Positions 39,482-50,545 of a stretch of DNA of 64,000 nt are shown piece by piece (position 1 is the stretch's first letter; every line of letters begins with the position of its first letter). The stretch lies in IMG/VR virus record IMGVR_UViG_3300045945_000056; one strand, written 5' to 3'. The notes below the pieces were generated by a model. That model worked only from the letters and a program-made list of their open reading frames with translations. It did not search any database and had not been told where the DNA came from. Source of the DNA: an uncultured virus (IMG/VR IMGVR_UViG_3300045945_000056) (lineage: Duplodnaviria > Heunggongvirae > Uroviricota > Caudoviricetes). Position numbers and translations under genes: made by a program.

Positions 39482-41959
39482 TTAAGTAAGTTTCATGTGT
39501 GTCTCCTTTAGCGCATACGCCAGTGCATCTATATTCGTATTAATCAAGCTAACTTTCTTCGAATAATTTGAACGTTTATTCAAATTTTTACCCACAACCA
39601 AATCAACTGGAGTATTTATTGTTTGGCTATGCCAAACAAGAGGTGTTTCTAGCGAAGCCTTTATATCTAGAATTACTTTAGCATGATCGATTATTGGCGT
39701 CGATAGGGGCATTTGAAATGCAATTGAATCATGTACTTGAGTCAACAATTCTACCGTTCGGAAGTGCGGGGCCTCGTTGTAATACGTGAAGGCAATGCCG
39801 CGCGAATCAATTACATCCGCACATGTCGATTGTGGAATACTAGAATACGCGTTGTGTAACATTTTATCTCCCCAAGGCATAAGAAACATTATTTGCCGAC
39901 CCAATAAATTTCGAGTTGTTCGATTTGATTTAAGCGAATCTTGTACGTGTTTCCAATAGCCGTGTTCTAAGCGTGGGTAGGCTTTATGGTAGGCAGAGTG
40001 CAACCATTTTGCCTCGTTACCAGGTATTTCATACAGCTGACTCATTCTACGCCATCCCATTCCATAATTAAACGCATGATTACATCGCTTAGCCCAATCG
40101 CGTTCACTTCCATCGCCGTTGCCGATGGAACAAGAGTTTGGTTCATCGCTAATTAACTCGTAGGGCTTATTAAATATCAAGCTCCCGGTCATTCTATGCG
40201 AATCTAAACCCTCCTCAAATACGCGTACCATTTCAGGAATTTGACCAACGTACGCAACAATACGATTTTCATATTGGGATAAATCCATGGAATAAATAAT
40301 GTACCCATCATCAGCAATTAAGTATTCCGCCATTTCAGGCGCAACATTTTGTAGATTTAAACCTGTGCCAAATATATTTTTAGAACTACTTGCTCGGCCA
40401 TACTTGGTGCCAACGGGATTATACGAGCAGCGTATTCTACCATCCGCGTCCACGTTTTCTAAATTTAAATATGTGCCGAGCTGTTTATGTAGTTTACGAT
40501 ATTGGAGTAATATATCGCATTCTTCTACACAATGTCCACTACGTTTTATATGATGGAGTGCCCGAATATTTGTCGTTAGTTTTTGTTCCTCCATATACGG
40601 AGGGACAGCACACTTAACATAGAAATAATCCATTAATTGTTTTGGCGAGTTAATATTAATATCCGCACCAACGTGGGATTTAAATTTTTCTTCTAACATT
40701 TCTAGCTGTTGTTTATTGGTGTCTCGTGCGAGGCTCATACCCTGTAAATCAACTTTAATTCCATGTTCCATCATATAGGTGAATGGCTCAATAACATTTC
40801 TCTTGGAGAAATATGCGCCAATATTTCCCCTGTCATGTAATTCTAAAAATTGGCGTGGGAATGCACTTGCACAACTAAACGAATCGTAGCAGTTATATTC
40901 CCAACCACGCTGATATTCACCTGTACCTTCCAACCAAATTTTACCCTCAGCCTTGTAATATGGAATGTCAGTCCACATCGCGGTAATAAAGTTTAACCCG
41001 ACGCGAAATTCAGGGTACAATATTTTCTGTGCTATCATCGTGTCATCTAAATTAGAAGTACGGATGCCGTACTTCTTCAAAAGGAAATGCGAATCAAATA
41101 TAATATTTTGTCCACCTTTCTTAATTTCAGGATTACCTAGTAAATCAGCTATGTGTTTCATTATTATCATTTCTTGCTCGCTGTCCCAATAATCTCCTTT
41201 CGAATCGACAAATGGTATACACATACACTCGCCATCACTTAAAGTAAAACTTATGCAGGATAACTCTTGTGTTTTAGGTGTAAGTTCAATATCAAACCAT
41301 ATAGTGATACCGCCATAGCCAGCAACCTTACATCGTTGTAAGTAAAGTAATACATCATGGTAATCAGGCTTAGTATGTAGCTTACGTGGAGTGTTGAGTA
41401 TTTCTGGATAATAACTTTCGCGCAGAGCTTTCTTTAAATCAAGTATAATTAAATACTTATTTAAATAGTTCTCTGGTTCGGCGTATAATTTCTCTTGTGT
41501 ATAAGTAGCAGGGTGGAATGTAGGAATAACTTTTCTACCGGGTAGAAGTGTGGATTCTAATATGCTACCACGCCAGTTGGTTATACCAACGCGATTAGTT
41601 AGCGCATATAGTGCCACATTCCCACATGGAATTATTACATTGGCTGAGGTCTGCGCCAATTCTTGGCGCAATTTATTTATATATTCGTATCCCGCAGCAC
41701 TTATTTCAACTTTCTCTTTTTTACCTCCGATTAAAGTGGGGAAATAATATTTAAGTGGATGATCGAAATCTTTTACCACATTAGTTAAGTAACACTTACT
41801 GCGTAATATATCCGCTGCATGTAAGCACTCATTTAAATTTTCTCCTGCTGGACCAACAAATGGCTGACCACGCAGCACTTCTTGTTTACCAGGCTGCTCA
41901 CCAATAATAACGAATTGTGCATCCAGGCGTCCGCTCGGCGGTACAAATGTACTAGGCAT
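39482..41959 (-). CDS. DNA polymerase family A with N-terminal uracil-DNA-glycosylase-like domain
   Basis: GEQPG..E and TFHPA (UDG); FDIE and NIIFD (exonuclease); DLSQYE, KRCNHAFNYG and QVHDS (polymerase motifs A/B/C). Confidence 0.92.
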   Translation of the reverse strand: MPSTFVPPSGRLDAQFVIIGEQPGKQEVLRGQPFVGPAGENLNECLHAADILRSKCYLTNVVKDFDHPLKYYFPTLIGGKKEKVEISAAGYEYINKLRQELAQTSANVIIPCGNVALYALTNRVGITNWRGSILESTLLPGRKVIPTFHPATYTQEKLYAEPENYLNKYLIILDLKKALRESYYPEILNTPRKLHTKPDYHDVLLYLQRCKVAGYGGITIWFDIELTPKTQELSCISFTLSDGECMCIPFVDSKGDYWDSEQEMIIMKHIADLLGNPEIKKGGQNIIFDSHFLLKKYGIRTSNLDDTMIAQKILYPEFRVGLNFITAMWTDIPYYKAEGKIWLEGTGEYQRGWEYNCYDSFSCASAFPRQFLELHDRGNIGAYFSKRNVIEPFTYMMEHGIKVDLQGMSLARDTNKQQLEMLEEKFKSHVGADININSPKQLMDYFYVKCAVPPYMEEQKLTTNIRALHHIKRSGHCVEECDILLQYRKLHKQLGTYLNLENVDADGRIRCSYNPVGTKYGRASSSKNIFGTGLNLQNVAPEMAEYLIADDGYIIYSMDLSQYENRIVAYVGQIPEMVRVFEEGLDSHRMTGSLIFNKPYELISDEPNSCSIGNGDGSERDWAKRCNHAFNYGMGWRRMSQLYEIPGNEAKWLHSAYHKAYPRLEHGYWKHVQDSLKSNRTTRNLLGRQIMFLMPWGDKMLHNAYSSIPQSTCADVIDSRGIAFTYYNEAPHFRTVELLTQVHDSIAFQMPLSTPIIDHAKVILDIKASLETPLVWHSQTINTPVDLVVGKNLNKRSNYSKKVSLINTNIDALAYALKETHMKLT

Positions 41960-42212
41960 AGCAGTTAGTCCTTCCGTATTAGTCTATGATATAAAGTTAA
42001 TAAATCTTCTTCCCTACTAATATCTAAAGTTCGTATCAGTAACATCAATAACTGCCGTACTGTCAGTTCCAAACGGATTATTCTAGCTTCTATATTTTCC
42101 AATTTAACCTCCTTATAATAGTGACATAATATATATCATTATTGCCCAAAAAATAAAGCCCAAAACATAATCCCATAAATTATTTAACATTTTATTCTCC
42201 ATCGTTTAAATT

Positions 42213-42455
42213 TTAATTCGCTCTGTATCTCCGCGGATACGAACCATTTACTACGATTTGGCGAATTTTATTTCGTACTTGCTGTACTACTTCGCGTCGC
42301 CGAGCTATTGTTTCAAGCGCATCACTAAATGTTGGATCTTCTTCAAGCGTCTCCTCTAATAACATAAGCGAAGCATCATGCCATTCAATTGCCTGGACTA
42401 ACTCCGCTAATTCTAACGTGGTAAATGTCAGTCCAACATAACCCCGTCGCTCCAT
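42213..42455 (-). CDS. Hypothetical protein
   Basis: Coupled ORF after MazG. Confidence 0.55.
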   Translation of the reverse strand: MERRGYVGLTFTTLELAELVQAIEWHDASLMLLEETLEEDPTFSDALETIARRREVVQQVRNKIRQIVVNGSYPRRYRAN

Positions 42456-42457
42456 AA

Positions 42458-42793
42458 CTATTCTCCGCGATTTATGCTTCGCTCTGAATCGAAACCATCT
42501 GGATAACGCTTTTCTAATTTCTCTATATTTCTGTAGGCGATAACCTGTAGGTTGAAACTAAGCGCGGAACACATCTCAGATAAATACCAAAGTATATCAC
42601 CTAACTCATCTTCAATATCTGCGCGACTAGTTGGGTGTTGATGATAAAACATTTTTTTAATTCTGTCATTTAATTCGCCAACTTCTCCGCTTAATCCTAG
42701 TGCAGCCATAAGCACGTTTTCTCGCAGGGATTCTCCCACTTTAAATTTGCTTGTACGCCGAGCCAACACTTGGTAATCGCCAAAGTTCATCAT
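42458..42793 (-). CDS. MazG-like nucleotide pyrophosphohydrolase
   Basis: LGLSGEVGEL.D.IKK...ELGDILWY...KL.KRYP. Confidence 0.9.
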   Translation of the reverse strand: MMNFGDYQVLARRTSKFKVGESLRENVLMAALGLSGEVGELNDRIKKMFYHQHPTSRADIEDELGDILWYLSEMCSALSFNLQVIAYRNIEKLEKRYPDGFDSERSINRGE

Positions 42794-44223
42794 TCGCCTA
42801 ACTCCATTTGTGCGTAGTTTTGCATAACCCGCTTAAAGTATCCTGCAAAGAACACTTGAGACAAATCAAATCCGCGTGCACTCATGCCGTAATCATACGC
42901 CGCAAGTATTGTGTTACCACTTCCGGCGAACGGGACTAAAACTCTGTGCCCACCAAAGCAGAATGTTTGTAGAATATCTTTCATTAATGACATGGGTTTC
43001 TCTGTTGGATGAATACGCTGCTGTGGATTAACTGGTGGATGGTCGAATACATCGCTACGTCCTTTGTTATGTAACATTGCACCACCCTTCCGAGCATAAA
43101 TAAATCGCTCGTGGGCATGTCCTAAAATTGTATCAACGTGATTACTGTAGCCTGGATTACCCCCTTTCTTCCATATTCCACCATTATGTGGAACTTTATA
43201 TCCACGTTTAACCAGGAGTTCGCGTATTAATTCACCCCACGAAACTGAGTGCCATATAATTATCCAACTATCCTTCGCCCCTAGCCGCCAACATTCATGC
43301 ACCAATTGCTCCAGAAACTCTGGATAATCCTCTTTTATTGGCTCAACATAATTTTTCATGTCCATTATTTCGTCTGGATCATAGAAGCGATTCTTTGCTA
43401 AGTTAATTCCGTACGGCGGGTCCACTTCGAGAAAATTAAAACTTTCATCGGGAAATTTATTATCAAAGAAATTGCCTCGTATATACGAATCAAGAATCAT
43501 CTTGACTTTAGCCGGCATAGTCTGTGGTATAGGCTCGGCCTGAGTTTGTGCTTTAACCATTTGCGCGGCAACACGAATCTTCTTATCCGCTTCGAAAGCG
43601 TTCTTGGAATTTTGTATGCCAAGTTGCGGCATCGCCTCCATAATTTCAGCGCGCCGAATGGAGTTGGATACAGTTGCTTTACTAACACCTAATAGTTTTG
43701 CGGTATCTGCTTGCGAATGGCCTGGGTCGTCTACACTACGCGCAATTTTCTCGCCTTTCATTTCGACTAAACTTAAATGTAACAGCCTACGCATACTATC
43801 TGTTTCTTGCCAGGTAAAATCTTTTCGCATTGTATTTTCGTAATACTCTATTGCACGAAGTTCCTCGGTGGATTTTTTGGTACAAAATATTCGACACGAA
43901 ATTTCTTCAAGTTCGAGTATTTCACGGCATACCGCGACTCGACGACCTCCAGCCAATACTGTATATGGAGGTAATCCCGACTCTGAGTATACACTTATTG
44001 GATGGATCAATCCATACTTAGCTATATTCAATGCTAAATCGATTAACTCTTTGTGGTCACCGTACTCCTCCCTATAACGTAATTCATATTGACAAATTAA
44101 ATCCTCGAATGGTACAATTTCTAATCTCCCCATATCAACTTTGGGTAATGGACCCATTAGCTGTAACGCATTATGTGCCGCCAATAAATTACGTTTTAAG
44201 TCGGTGTGGTGGCCGAAGTCCAT
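42790..44223 (-). CDS. ParB-like domain fused to an amino-DNA methyltransferase
   Basis: GLIHPI...AGGRR...EN..RKD, an HTH, then DPPY, HPTEKP and PFAGSG. Confidence 0.85.
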   Translation of the reverse strand: MDFGHHTDLKRNLLAAHNALQLMGPLPKVDMGRLEIVPFEDLICQYELRYREEYGDHKELIDLALNIAKYGLIHPISVYSESGLPPYTVLAGGRRVAVCREILELEEISCRIFCTKKSTEELRAIEYYENTMRKDFTWQETDSMRRLLHLSLVEMKGEKIARSVDDPGHSQADTAKLLGVSKATVSNSIRRAEIMEAMPQLGIQNSKNAFEADKKIRVAAQMVKAQTQAEPIPQTMPAKVKMILDSYIRGNFFDNKFPDESFNFLEVDPPYGINLAKNRFYDPDEIMDMKNYVEPIKEDYPEFLEQLVHECWRLGAKDSWIIIWHSVSWGELIRELLVKRGYKVPHNGGIWKKGGNPGYSNHVDTILGHAHERFIYARKGGAMLHNKGRSDVFDHPPVNPQQRIHPTEKPMSLMKDILQTFCFGGHRVLVPFAGSGNTILAAYDYGMSARGFDLSQVFFAGYFKRVMQNYAQMELGE

Positions 44224-44317
44224 ATTCTAATCTCCTAGCGTCGATTAGACGCAATTAAAATTTTAACACTGGAACAGGTTATGCATAGTTCAATCGTAGC
44301 GCGCGGCGCGGAAGCGC

Positions 44318-44542
44318 CTAAGCACGCAACTTATCCAACAACTCTTGTATCTGCTCACGGGTTAAACCACGCAATACAGAATTAGCAGACTTTTTCTGCA
44401 CTTTACGTGCAGAAGGTTCCTTTACTTTTATTTCGCGTGGTAAACTGATTCGTCGTCTCCGCCTTACCTCTAAAATTAACTTCAGGGCAGATTCGTCATT
44501 CAATTCCCCAAAGTTCGGAATGGGTAGGTCGTAGATGTTCAT
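44318..44542 (-). CDS. Hypothetical basic protein
   Basis: ORF with AAGGA RBS. Confidence 0.6.
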   Translation of the reverse strand: MNIYDLPIPNFGELNDESALKLILEVRRRRRISLPREIKVKEPSARKVQKKSANSVLRGLTREQIQELLDKLRA

Positions 44543-44553
44543 GCTTTATCCTT

Positions 44554-44805
44554 TTAGGATACGCTTAGCAGTTCTATAGTCCGCTTCTTACGGTACTGCT
44601 CAAGCAAGGAAAATTGCCTTGATAGAATTGCTAAGATAACATCATGTCCGTAGCGCTCTAGTAAATTGATTAGGTCTTCAATTATAACCCCGAACACTTG
44701 CTTCTGCATACCATATGGAATATGCTCCTTTAGTATATTGTATTGATGCTCCGAAACTTCTACAGTTATTCTAGGTTTCCATGCTTTTGTCATTTTATTC
44801 TCCAA
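44554..44805 (-). CDS. RHH-like small protein, genome B
   Basis: PRITVEVSEHQY...YGM....FG. Paralogue of 108-329. Confidence 0.55.
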   Translation of the reverse strand: MENKMTKAWKPRITVEVSEHQYNILKEHIPYGMQKQVFGVIIEDLINLLERYGHDVILAILSRQFSLLEQYRKKRTIELLSVS

Positions 44806-44863
44806 AACTTATCGTAACCTCGAACTCCGCAGAGTTCGAAGCTACGACAAGCTTAACTATAAA

Positions 44864-45364
44864 TTACCGTGGTCGGCGAAACTCCTTAATGGTGTTACGC
44901 TTACCATACTTAGCATCATCACGTACACCCAATATAACTGTGCCCTCAGCTCCTGGCCAGTCATCCACAGGATTAAATGGCCTGGATATATCCAAATCAA
45001 AGCAGGTGGTATAATCGCGCAAACGCGTTTTTGTTTTATTACGCTGCTTTGCTGTTTGTGCCGAGGCGTGTGGCATATAAATAAAATCTGCCACCTCTTC
45101 AGCGTAATCTTCACCCATAATTTCATGGGTGCAGACATAGTAAATTTGACCATCATCACGCTCTTGGCGCGACACTTGTAAAACCTTTAGCTTTGCCTCA
45201 GTGTTATCTGGCATTACATAGGTTTCGTGGATGTCGTCCATTTCGAGTTCGGTTGGATCAATCATCGGCATTTTAGAACTCCGTTCTAAAGTAGTTGGTG
45301 TTGTACCATTTAGTTTATCACCACGAAAATTTTCTTCATCCGTCATTCGAGGCTTACGCGGCAT
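44864..45364 (-). CDS. DUF669-like putative ssDNA-binding protein, genome B
   Basis: Paralogue of 382-918 (TEAKL, ILGVR.D.KYG..N). Confidence 0.65.
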   Translation of the reverse strand: MPRKPRMTDEENFRGDKLNGTTPTTLERSSKMPMIDPTELEMDDIHETYVMPDNTEAKLKVLQVSRQERDDGQIYYVCTHEIMGEDYAEEVADFIYMPHASAQTAKQRNKTKTRLRDYTTCFDLDISRPFNPVDDWPGAEGTVILGVRDDAKYGKRNTIKEFRRPR

Positions 45365-46181
45365 TCGAATTACCTCCAAGTTTCGGTTTATCTTCCCAAT
45401 CCAAGCCAACTTTAGCCAACAGTTTCTTTATATCCGGCACCTCCTTCATTTCAAATTTGTCTCTACCAATGCGAGTTTTAGCGAGGTATAAATCCCACTT
45501 CTGAGTTAGAATAGAATATCTAACTTTTTGTCCAACTACCTCAGCTAAACTCACCCAAATTTCATCGAACATAAGCGGAATGATAATACTCCCTTGGCCT
45601 GTAGATAGATAGCGATAGCCAGTTAAAACTGGTGTATCTTCACCATCTATTGTTCGGTTCTCATTAACTGGTCGTAAATGTCCGGTAACAATTACATCGC
45701 ATGGTAGATTCATAATTTGGCGCATTGCTTTATGAATCTCTACCTTTTGTGGAATGTAATCTCTATTCCACAGCGGTGCGGTGCCAGGTCTCTTCGCAGC
45801 AAGCAGTACATAATTCATTACTGCCTCGCTCCACATAGTGGATGAATCAAGAAAGTACGTCCCGATTTTATCAAAGTAATGTCGAGAGTTTCTAAACTCG
45901 AACATATCTTTCCATCTTTTAAATTTAGATGGCTTCTCGGGATCTTCATTCTCGTATTCCGAATCAATAATAATATCTCCTTTCTCCTCCAAGTCAAGTA
46001 GATTTTTTGTCCCCCCTGGATCAAACGAATCAATATGGACAGGTCTGCGCGCAGTTCGCGCTAAATGCGTTTTACCCGTACCCGATTCGCCAGTCAAAAG
46101 AATATTGATTTTCTTTTGGCGTACATTCGAACGGTACTCTTTACGTAATCGTTCTGCTTCATCCTCACTGAATTCACTCAC
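45354..46181 (-). CDS. Sak4-like AAA ATPase, genome B
   Basis: GESGTGKT and IDSFDPGGT, shared with the A copy. Confidence 0.8.
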   Translation of the reverse strand: MSEFSEDEAERLRKEYRSNVRQKKINILLTGESGTGKTHLARTARRPVHIDSFDPGGTKNLLDLEEKGDIIIDSEYENEDPEKPSKFKRWKDMFEFRNSRHYFDKIGTYFLDSSTMWSEAVMNYVLLAAKRPGTAPLWNRDYIPQKVEIHKAMRQIMNLPCDVIVTGHLRPVNENRTIDGEDTPVLTGYRYLSTGQGSIIIPLMFDEIWVSLAEVVGQKVRYSILTQKWDLYLAKTRIGRDKFEMKEVPDIKKLLAKVGLDWEDKPKLGGNSNAA

Positions 46182-47151
46182 CCGTTTCTCCCTTCGTTAG
46201 ATCAAATGCTTCACGGATTTTGTCGTCCTTTCTTGGGTCCCAATATTCGACGTGCATAGACATTGGTGGCTCCTCATCTGCGTTACGAAGTGGATTGTTC
46301 CAAGCCGAGCAAACAGTTAAATATGGGCACGGCCGATTGTAATTATAACAACTCAACGTATTCTTGGGGAAACTCAGCATCAATTCTTCTTCGGTGTCAT
46401 CCTCAGTAATACAATCCTCTAAATTAGTCAACAGCGAAATATACCAACTCCTTAGCGAATTCAAGTCTCCTTCTATTTTATGCTCATCTATTGCTGGAAA
46501 TGCTTCAGCGAACTCCGCGGGCTTGCTCTTATAAAAGAACGCACCGCGAATACGCATTTCCTGTGGTTTATTGCCATATAGACAGCGCAGTACGTGCGCG
46601 TAAAACTGCATTTGTGGAGCAGCATCCCACGATTCGGTCCAATTAAAAAACTTGTACTTCGATGTTTTATGATCTAAGCAAACGTACATCCCAGACTGCT
46701 CATCTAATAACAAAGCGTCTAACTTAAAATACATGGGCATGTCTGGTCCAATTAATGCTGCTCCACCAACTTCAGTGTGCAACACACTAAAATTTTGTCT
46801 ATCACTTTGCGAGAAACGCGCAAAGTAAGATTCTAATGCCTTTACGGCATTAGATGGGGATTTTGGATAGAATAACTCATCCGTATGTTCCTCAAATACT
46901 TGACGATATGAGTAGAGGAATAGCATTTGCGCTTCACGTAGTGATTTATCTGTATAACCACTACGCAGCAAATGTTCCGCCGCGAGATGCCACGAACTAC
47001 CGAATACTAAATCGTTACTAGGCGCGCTAGGTGTCCAGCCCAATATATGTCGAAAGAAAAACTTACGTGGGCATGTCATAAATGTAGTTAATTTACTCGA
47101 ATCAATAATACGCCACGATTCGTGCTCTTGAATAATGTCAAGTAACTTCAT
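46174..47151 (-). CDS. Cas4-like PD-(D/E)XK exonuclease, genome B
   Basis: TCPRK, KLDALL..DHKT, C..CPY..C. Confidence 0.85.
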   Translation of the reverse strand: MKLLDIIQEHESWRIIDSSKLTTFMTCPRKFFFRHILGWTPSAPSNDLVFGSSWHLAAEHLLRSGYTDKSLREAQMLFLYSYRQVFEEHTDELFYPKSPSNAVKALESYFARFSQSDRQNFSVLHTEVGGAALIGPDMPMYFKLDALLLDEQSGMYVCLDHKTSKYKFFNWTESWDAAPQMQFYAHVLRCLYGNKPQEMRIRGAFFYKSKPAEFAEAFPAIDEHKIEGDLNSLRSWYISLLTNLEDCITEDDTEEELMLSFPKNTLSCYNYNRPCPYLTVCSAWNNPLRNADEEPPMSMHVEYWDPRKDDKIREAFDLTKGETGE

Positions 47152-47176
47152 TTCAAACCTCCGATTTAAAATTTTA

Positions 47177-47416
47177 TCACTGGAAACGTACCAACATTCG
47201 CTTGTTTGCATTATACAGTGCTGTAAATATTATTTGTACTCGGCGTAGTGTCGTATCCCCTTCTAATAGTTTAATCAATTCGCTTAATTCTCTCCGTGAT
47301 ACAACCAACACACTTCGATCTAATGTCTCCATACATAATCCACAAACGTAATCAGCACGATCACCCGCTCTAATTTCTGCATCACACAACGTACAACGCG
47401 ATTCCAGATTTATCAT
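47177..47416 (-). CDS. Small Cys-rich protein
   Basis: CTLC and CGLC motifs. Confidence 0.55.
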   Translation of the reverse strand: MINLESRCTLCDAEIRAGDRADYVCGLCMETLDRSVLVVSRRELSELIKLLEGDTTLRRVQIIFTALYNANKRMLVRFQ

Positions 47417-47642
47417 GTTAATGTATCTCCGACGACGCAGGGAGTTCGAATAGAGTTAATTGATGCGGATCATCTAATACAAAATGAACCAACGCACACT
47501 TAACACACACTACATAAATTATATTTCCCGAAGCTATTTCTTCTTCACATGCGCTACAATGTAGCGGTTCAGCCCAGATAGGTTGATCCATATAAACTCC
47601 AATAGGGTAGCGGAATAAACACGCTACCCTTTAGAAAGTTAA

Positions 47643-48176
47643 TTAGTCAAAGTTTAGCCGAGGACCACGCTTACGCTGTTGGGCGCGATTAACATTGGTT
47701 GGTGGAGATTCAGTAGGTGCAGGTTGATCCGCATCTTCGTCGTCATCATCACCACCATTTTCATCATCGTCATCATCACCATTTTCAACAGATGGAGCTT
47801 CCTCACCTCTAAGATATGCTTCGAACATAGCAATCATATTTGCCTTTTGTGCAGGCGCCATATTGCTAAATTCTTCACGCAACGAGTCCATATCGGCAAT
47901 ATATTTTACACGACCACGACGCGAACCTTCTTCCGGTTTAAATGCGCTCACCGCAGCTTGTACTTCATCAAGTTTACCCGCTTCAAGTAACGGTCGACCT
48001 GCCGCTTGCGCACCAACGCGGACAGATTTATTAATAAGATTTAAGCAAAGATTCTCGCCATACCACTCCTTTGCTTCATCCAAAGAATCCGCAAATGTGT
48101 ACTGGACAATAGTTTCTTTCCCTGTTGCGCCAGCCTTACCACGAGTTTTAATTTTTACATCCACAGTCTTAGACAT
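47643..48176 (-). CDS. Hypothetical protein with acidic tail, genome B
   Basis: Paralogue of 3710-4240. Promoter TTGACA-17-TACAAT at 48283-48311. Confidence 0.75.
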   Translation of the reverse strand: MSKTVDVKIKTRGKAGATGKETIVQYTFADSLDEAKEWYGENLCLNLINKSVRVGAQAAGRPLLEAGKLDEVQAAVSAFKPEEGSRRGRVKYIADMDSLREEFSNMAPAQKANMIAMFEAYLRGEEAPSVENGDDDDDENGGDDDDEDADQPAPTESPPTNVNRAQQRKRGPRLNFD

Positions 48177-48359
48177 TTTAATTGCTCCGCAATTAAAGGT
48201 TAAATAAAATAGAAATTAGGCACATCCGAGCTGTGCTATAATCACCTCCAGAGTTAAATTGTTTATCTAATTTATACTTAAGATTGTAACACACTCACAA
48301 CCCTGTGTCAAGAAAAAAATATTTAACCAGGGGTTAAATGTATTTAATAAATGATTTTT

Positions 48360-48540
48360 AATTTTAGTGTTTCACACCAAGGGGACCCCCATAAATTACT
48401 TGAGCTTCGCTCAGCACCTGACAACGCGAATTGCTGCGGAACAGAGCTGTGAGGAGCTAAAGCTCCTCGTCGCTCGGAAGCGTGGCAGCAATTCTTTGTG
48501 CGTTGTCAAGTGCCCGTAATTTATGAACCCCTAAGTGTTC
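48360..48540 (+). repeat. B-type long hairpin element, copy 2
   Basis: TGTTTC.CACCAAGGGG.CCCCC.TAA and CCCCTAAGTG shared with the reverse complement of 32876-33065. Confidence 0.75.
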
Positions 48541-48898
48541 CACGAATGAAATGCTTAATATAATTCCTCCTTTCTTCCAAATTAAATATTGGTAAATCAC
48601 CCAATATGGAATTACACGAAGAACAAGCTGGATACAATAATAAATCTAATTCGAAATACCTCATATAAGCTTCAGAGCGCAATAAATTACGCACATAACT
48701 CAGCGGTGGTACATGGTCTATTTGTGTTGCTGCAAAATCACAATAAGAACAATTTAATACTTCGGTAGGAGAATATTTAAATCCTACCGGGTTATAATTA
48801 GCTAGAGCACGTGCTATAACATACTCCAAACTTTGTTCATCTAGCATATCGCGTAATGATAACGCGTGCCTAACCCATTGTTTATCGCCGTGTTTCAT
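48521..48898 (-). CDS. HNH endonuclease (CxxC-type)
   Basis: CSYC..DHVPP...CSSCN. Confidence 0.85.
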   Translation of the reverse strand: MKHGDKQWVRHALSLRDMLDEQSLEYVIARALANYNPVGFKYSPTEVLNCSYCDFAATQIDHVPPLSYVRNLLRSEAYMRYFELDLLLYPACSSCNSILGDLPIFNLEERRNYIKHFIRGTLRGS

Positions 48899-49274
48899 AC
48901 TTAAGATTCTCCATGATAAGCATCAATTCTTCTACGTCCTCAATTACCCATATAGGTACACTATCACCACGTAAACGTACCTGCATAAATTTAATGTACT
49001 CCACGAGTCGGATTTTTAATTCCATATACTTCTCCAATTTAAAATTTAATCAGTGGAACTATGGATGCGTTTTAATAATTAATTCAGCTATGCGTGCGGC
49101 TTGGCTTGAAACTTCGCTTACCATCTTACCTACTAGAAACAGCATTACAGTTTGTATAGTAAAGCCCACAAACATTATGATACCTATAGTGTAATCATTT
49201 CGCATAATCTGCACCTCTCGATCGTAGCCCGCAACCCGGAAATATTAATCCGAGCGGCGGGCCTCGGCTTAAAA

Positions 49275-49616
49275 TTAAAGGGTGTTAGGCGCGTCTGCGC
49301 GAGGATATTTTAACAAACAATCTACCTCAGCCCATGCGATATCAAAATCGCCTAAATCATTCCTATATACCAATTTACTCACACAGTACTCAACAATTTC
49401 GTAAGGAATATTGTAATTATACTTCTCAACCGCAGCTCGAATTGACGCTTCACTAGGAAAGCGGACTTCTTCGTGCTGATCTGCTGGAATAATGTTAGCC
49501 AGGAACATTACTAACGCGCCTCCAACACAGTAATTGCAATCGTCTGCGTGCTTAAATGCAACTGGTGTTGGGTATGCGTCACGAATCTCCTGAACGGTAA
49601 AATTTGGTTTAGACAT
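49275..49616 (-). CDS. Hypothetical protein
   Basis: ORF with GGAGG RBS. Confidence 0.65.
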   Translation of the reverse strand: MSKPNFTVQEIRDAYPTPVAFKHADDCNYCVGGALVMFLANIIPADQHEEVRFPSEASIRAAVEKYNYNIPYEIVEYCVSKLVYRNDLGDFDIAWAEVDCLLKYPRADAPNTL

Positions 49617-50041
49617 TGGGAAATTTCCTCCAGTGGTTAAATTTTAAATCCGAGCGTCGCCCGGGCTAAACTTCGGTAAAGTTGGCCGGGGCGACGATAA
49701 AGTTAATTCGCTGTGCCTCGCAGCAAGTTAGTTTGCTTTATGTGCTTTAAATTGTTCGAGGTGCTCAACTACAAGTAAAGCACACCATACACAAACCACA
49801 ATTTGGCTTTGGTTAGCTAACTCCACTGATAAATAGTTGTTGTCGTCTAAACGTTCTCCGCAAATTACACAGATGGGCATTTGGAAATTCCTTTCATTAA
49901 TGAGTACGGCGAATTAAATCCGTTATCTCAACTAACATTTTTCCTAGTAATAACGTTTCACCTGCTAAAACAATAAACCCTATTATTATTATCGCTAGGG
50001 TTACGCGATCAATTTGCATAAGCTTCTCCATTGTTTAAATT

Positions 50042-50281
50042 TTAATTCGCTGATTTGACTGCTTTGATCATTGCCGCAACAACTTCTTGTTCATCCTCCA
50101 GTAATCTCATCACAGCGTCAATTGCTGCTTCTATATCATATTCCTCGCTAATATCGTACTTTTTATTCAGCGCTTTATTGGCCAACCATTCAAATATTAA
50201 CTCATACGTTGGGTTATAACCTTGGGCTGGTCCGCAGCTAGGGCACATATAATCACCGCACATACAAGGTCCGCGACTCAT
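50042..50281 (-). CDS. Hypothetical protein
   Basis: PCMCGD..CPSCG N-terminus. Confidence 0.65.
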   Translation of the reverse strand: MSRGPCMCGDYMCPSCGPAQGYNPTYELIFEWLANKALNKKYDISEEYDIEAAIDAVMRLLEDEQEVVAAMIKAVKSAN

Positions 50282-50545
50282 TTAGTTTAACCTTTCCAGT
50301 GGTTAAATTTTAATTTGGAAAATTCGAGCGTAGCCCGCGCAGCGTAATTTAAATTCGGAGTGTGGGGCTACGGTTGAATTATGTTCTTACAACATGCGGC
50401 TATTAGTGCTGTTATATCTCCTAAAATTTTACCCATAATTATAGTTTGCACACTTATTAGCGCTAAACAAAGGAATGCTACAACTATTACCACGCGGTCC
50501 CACATTGCGAAATTTACCTCCAGTGGTTAAATTTTAATTCGCTGA

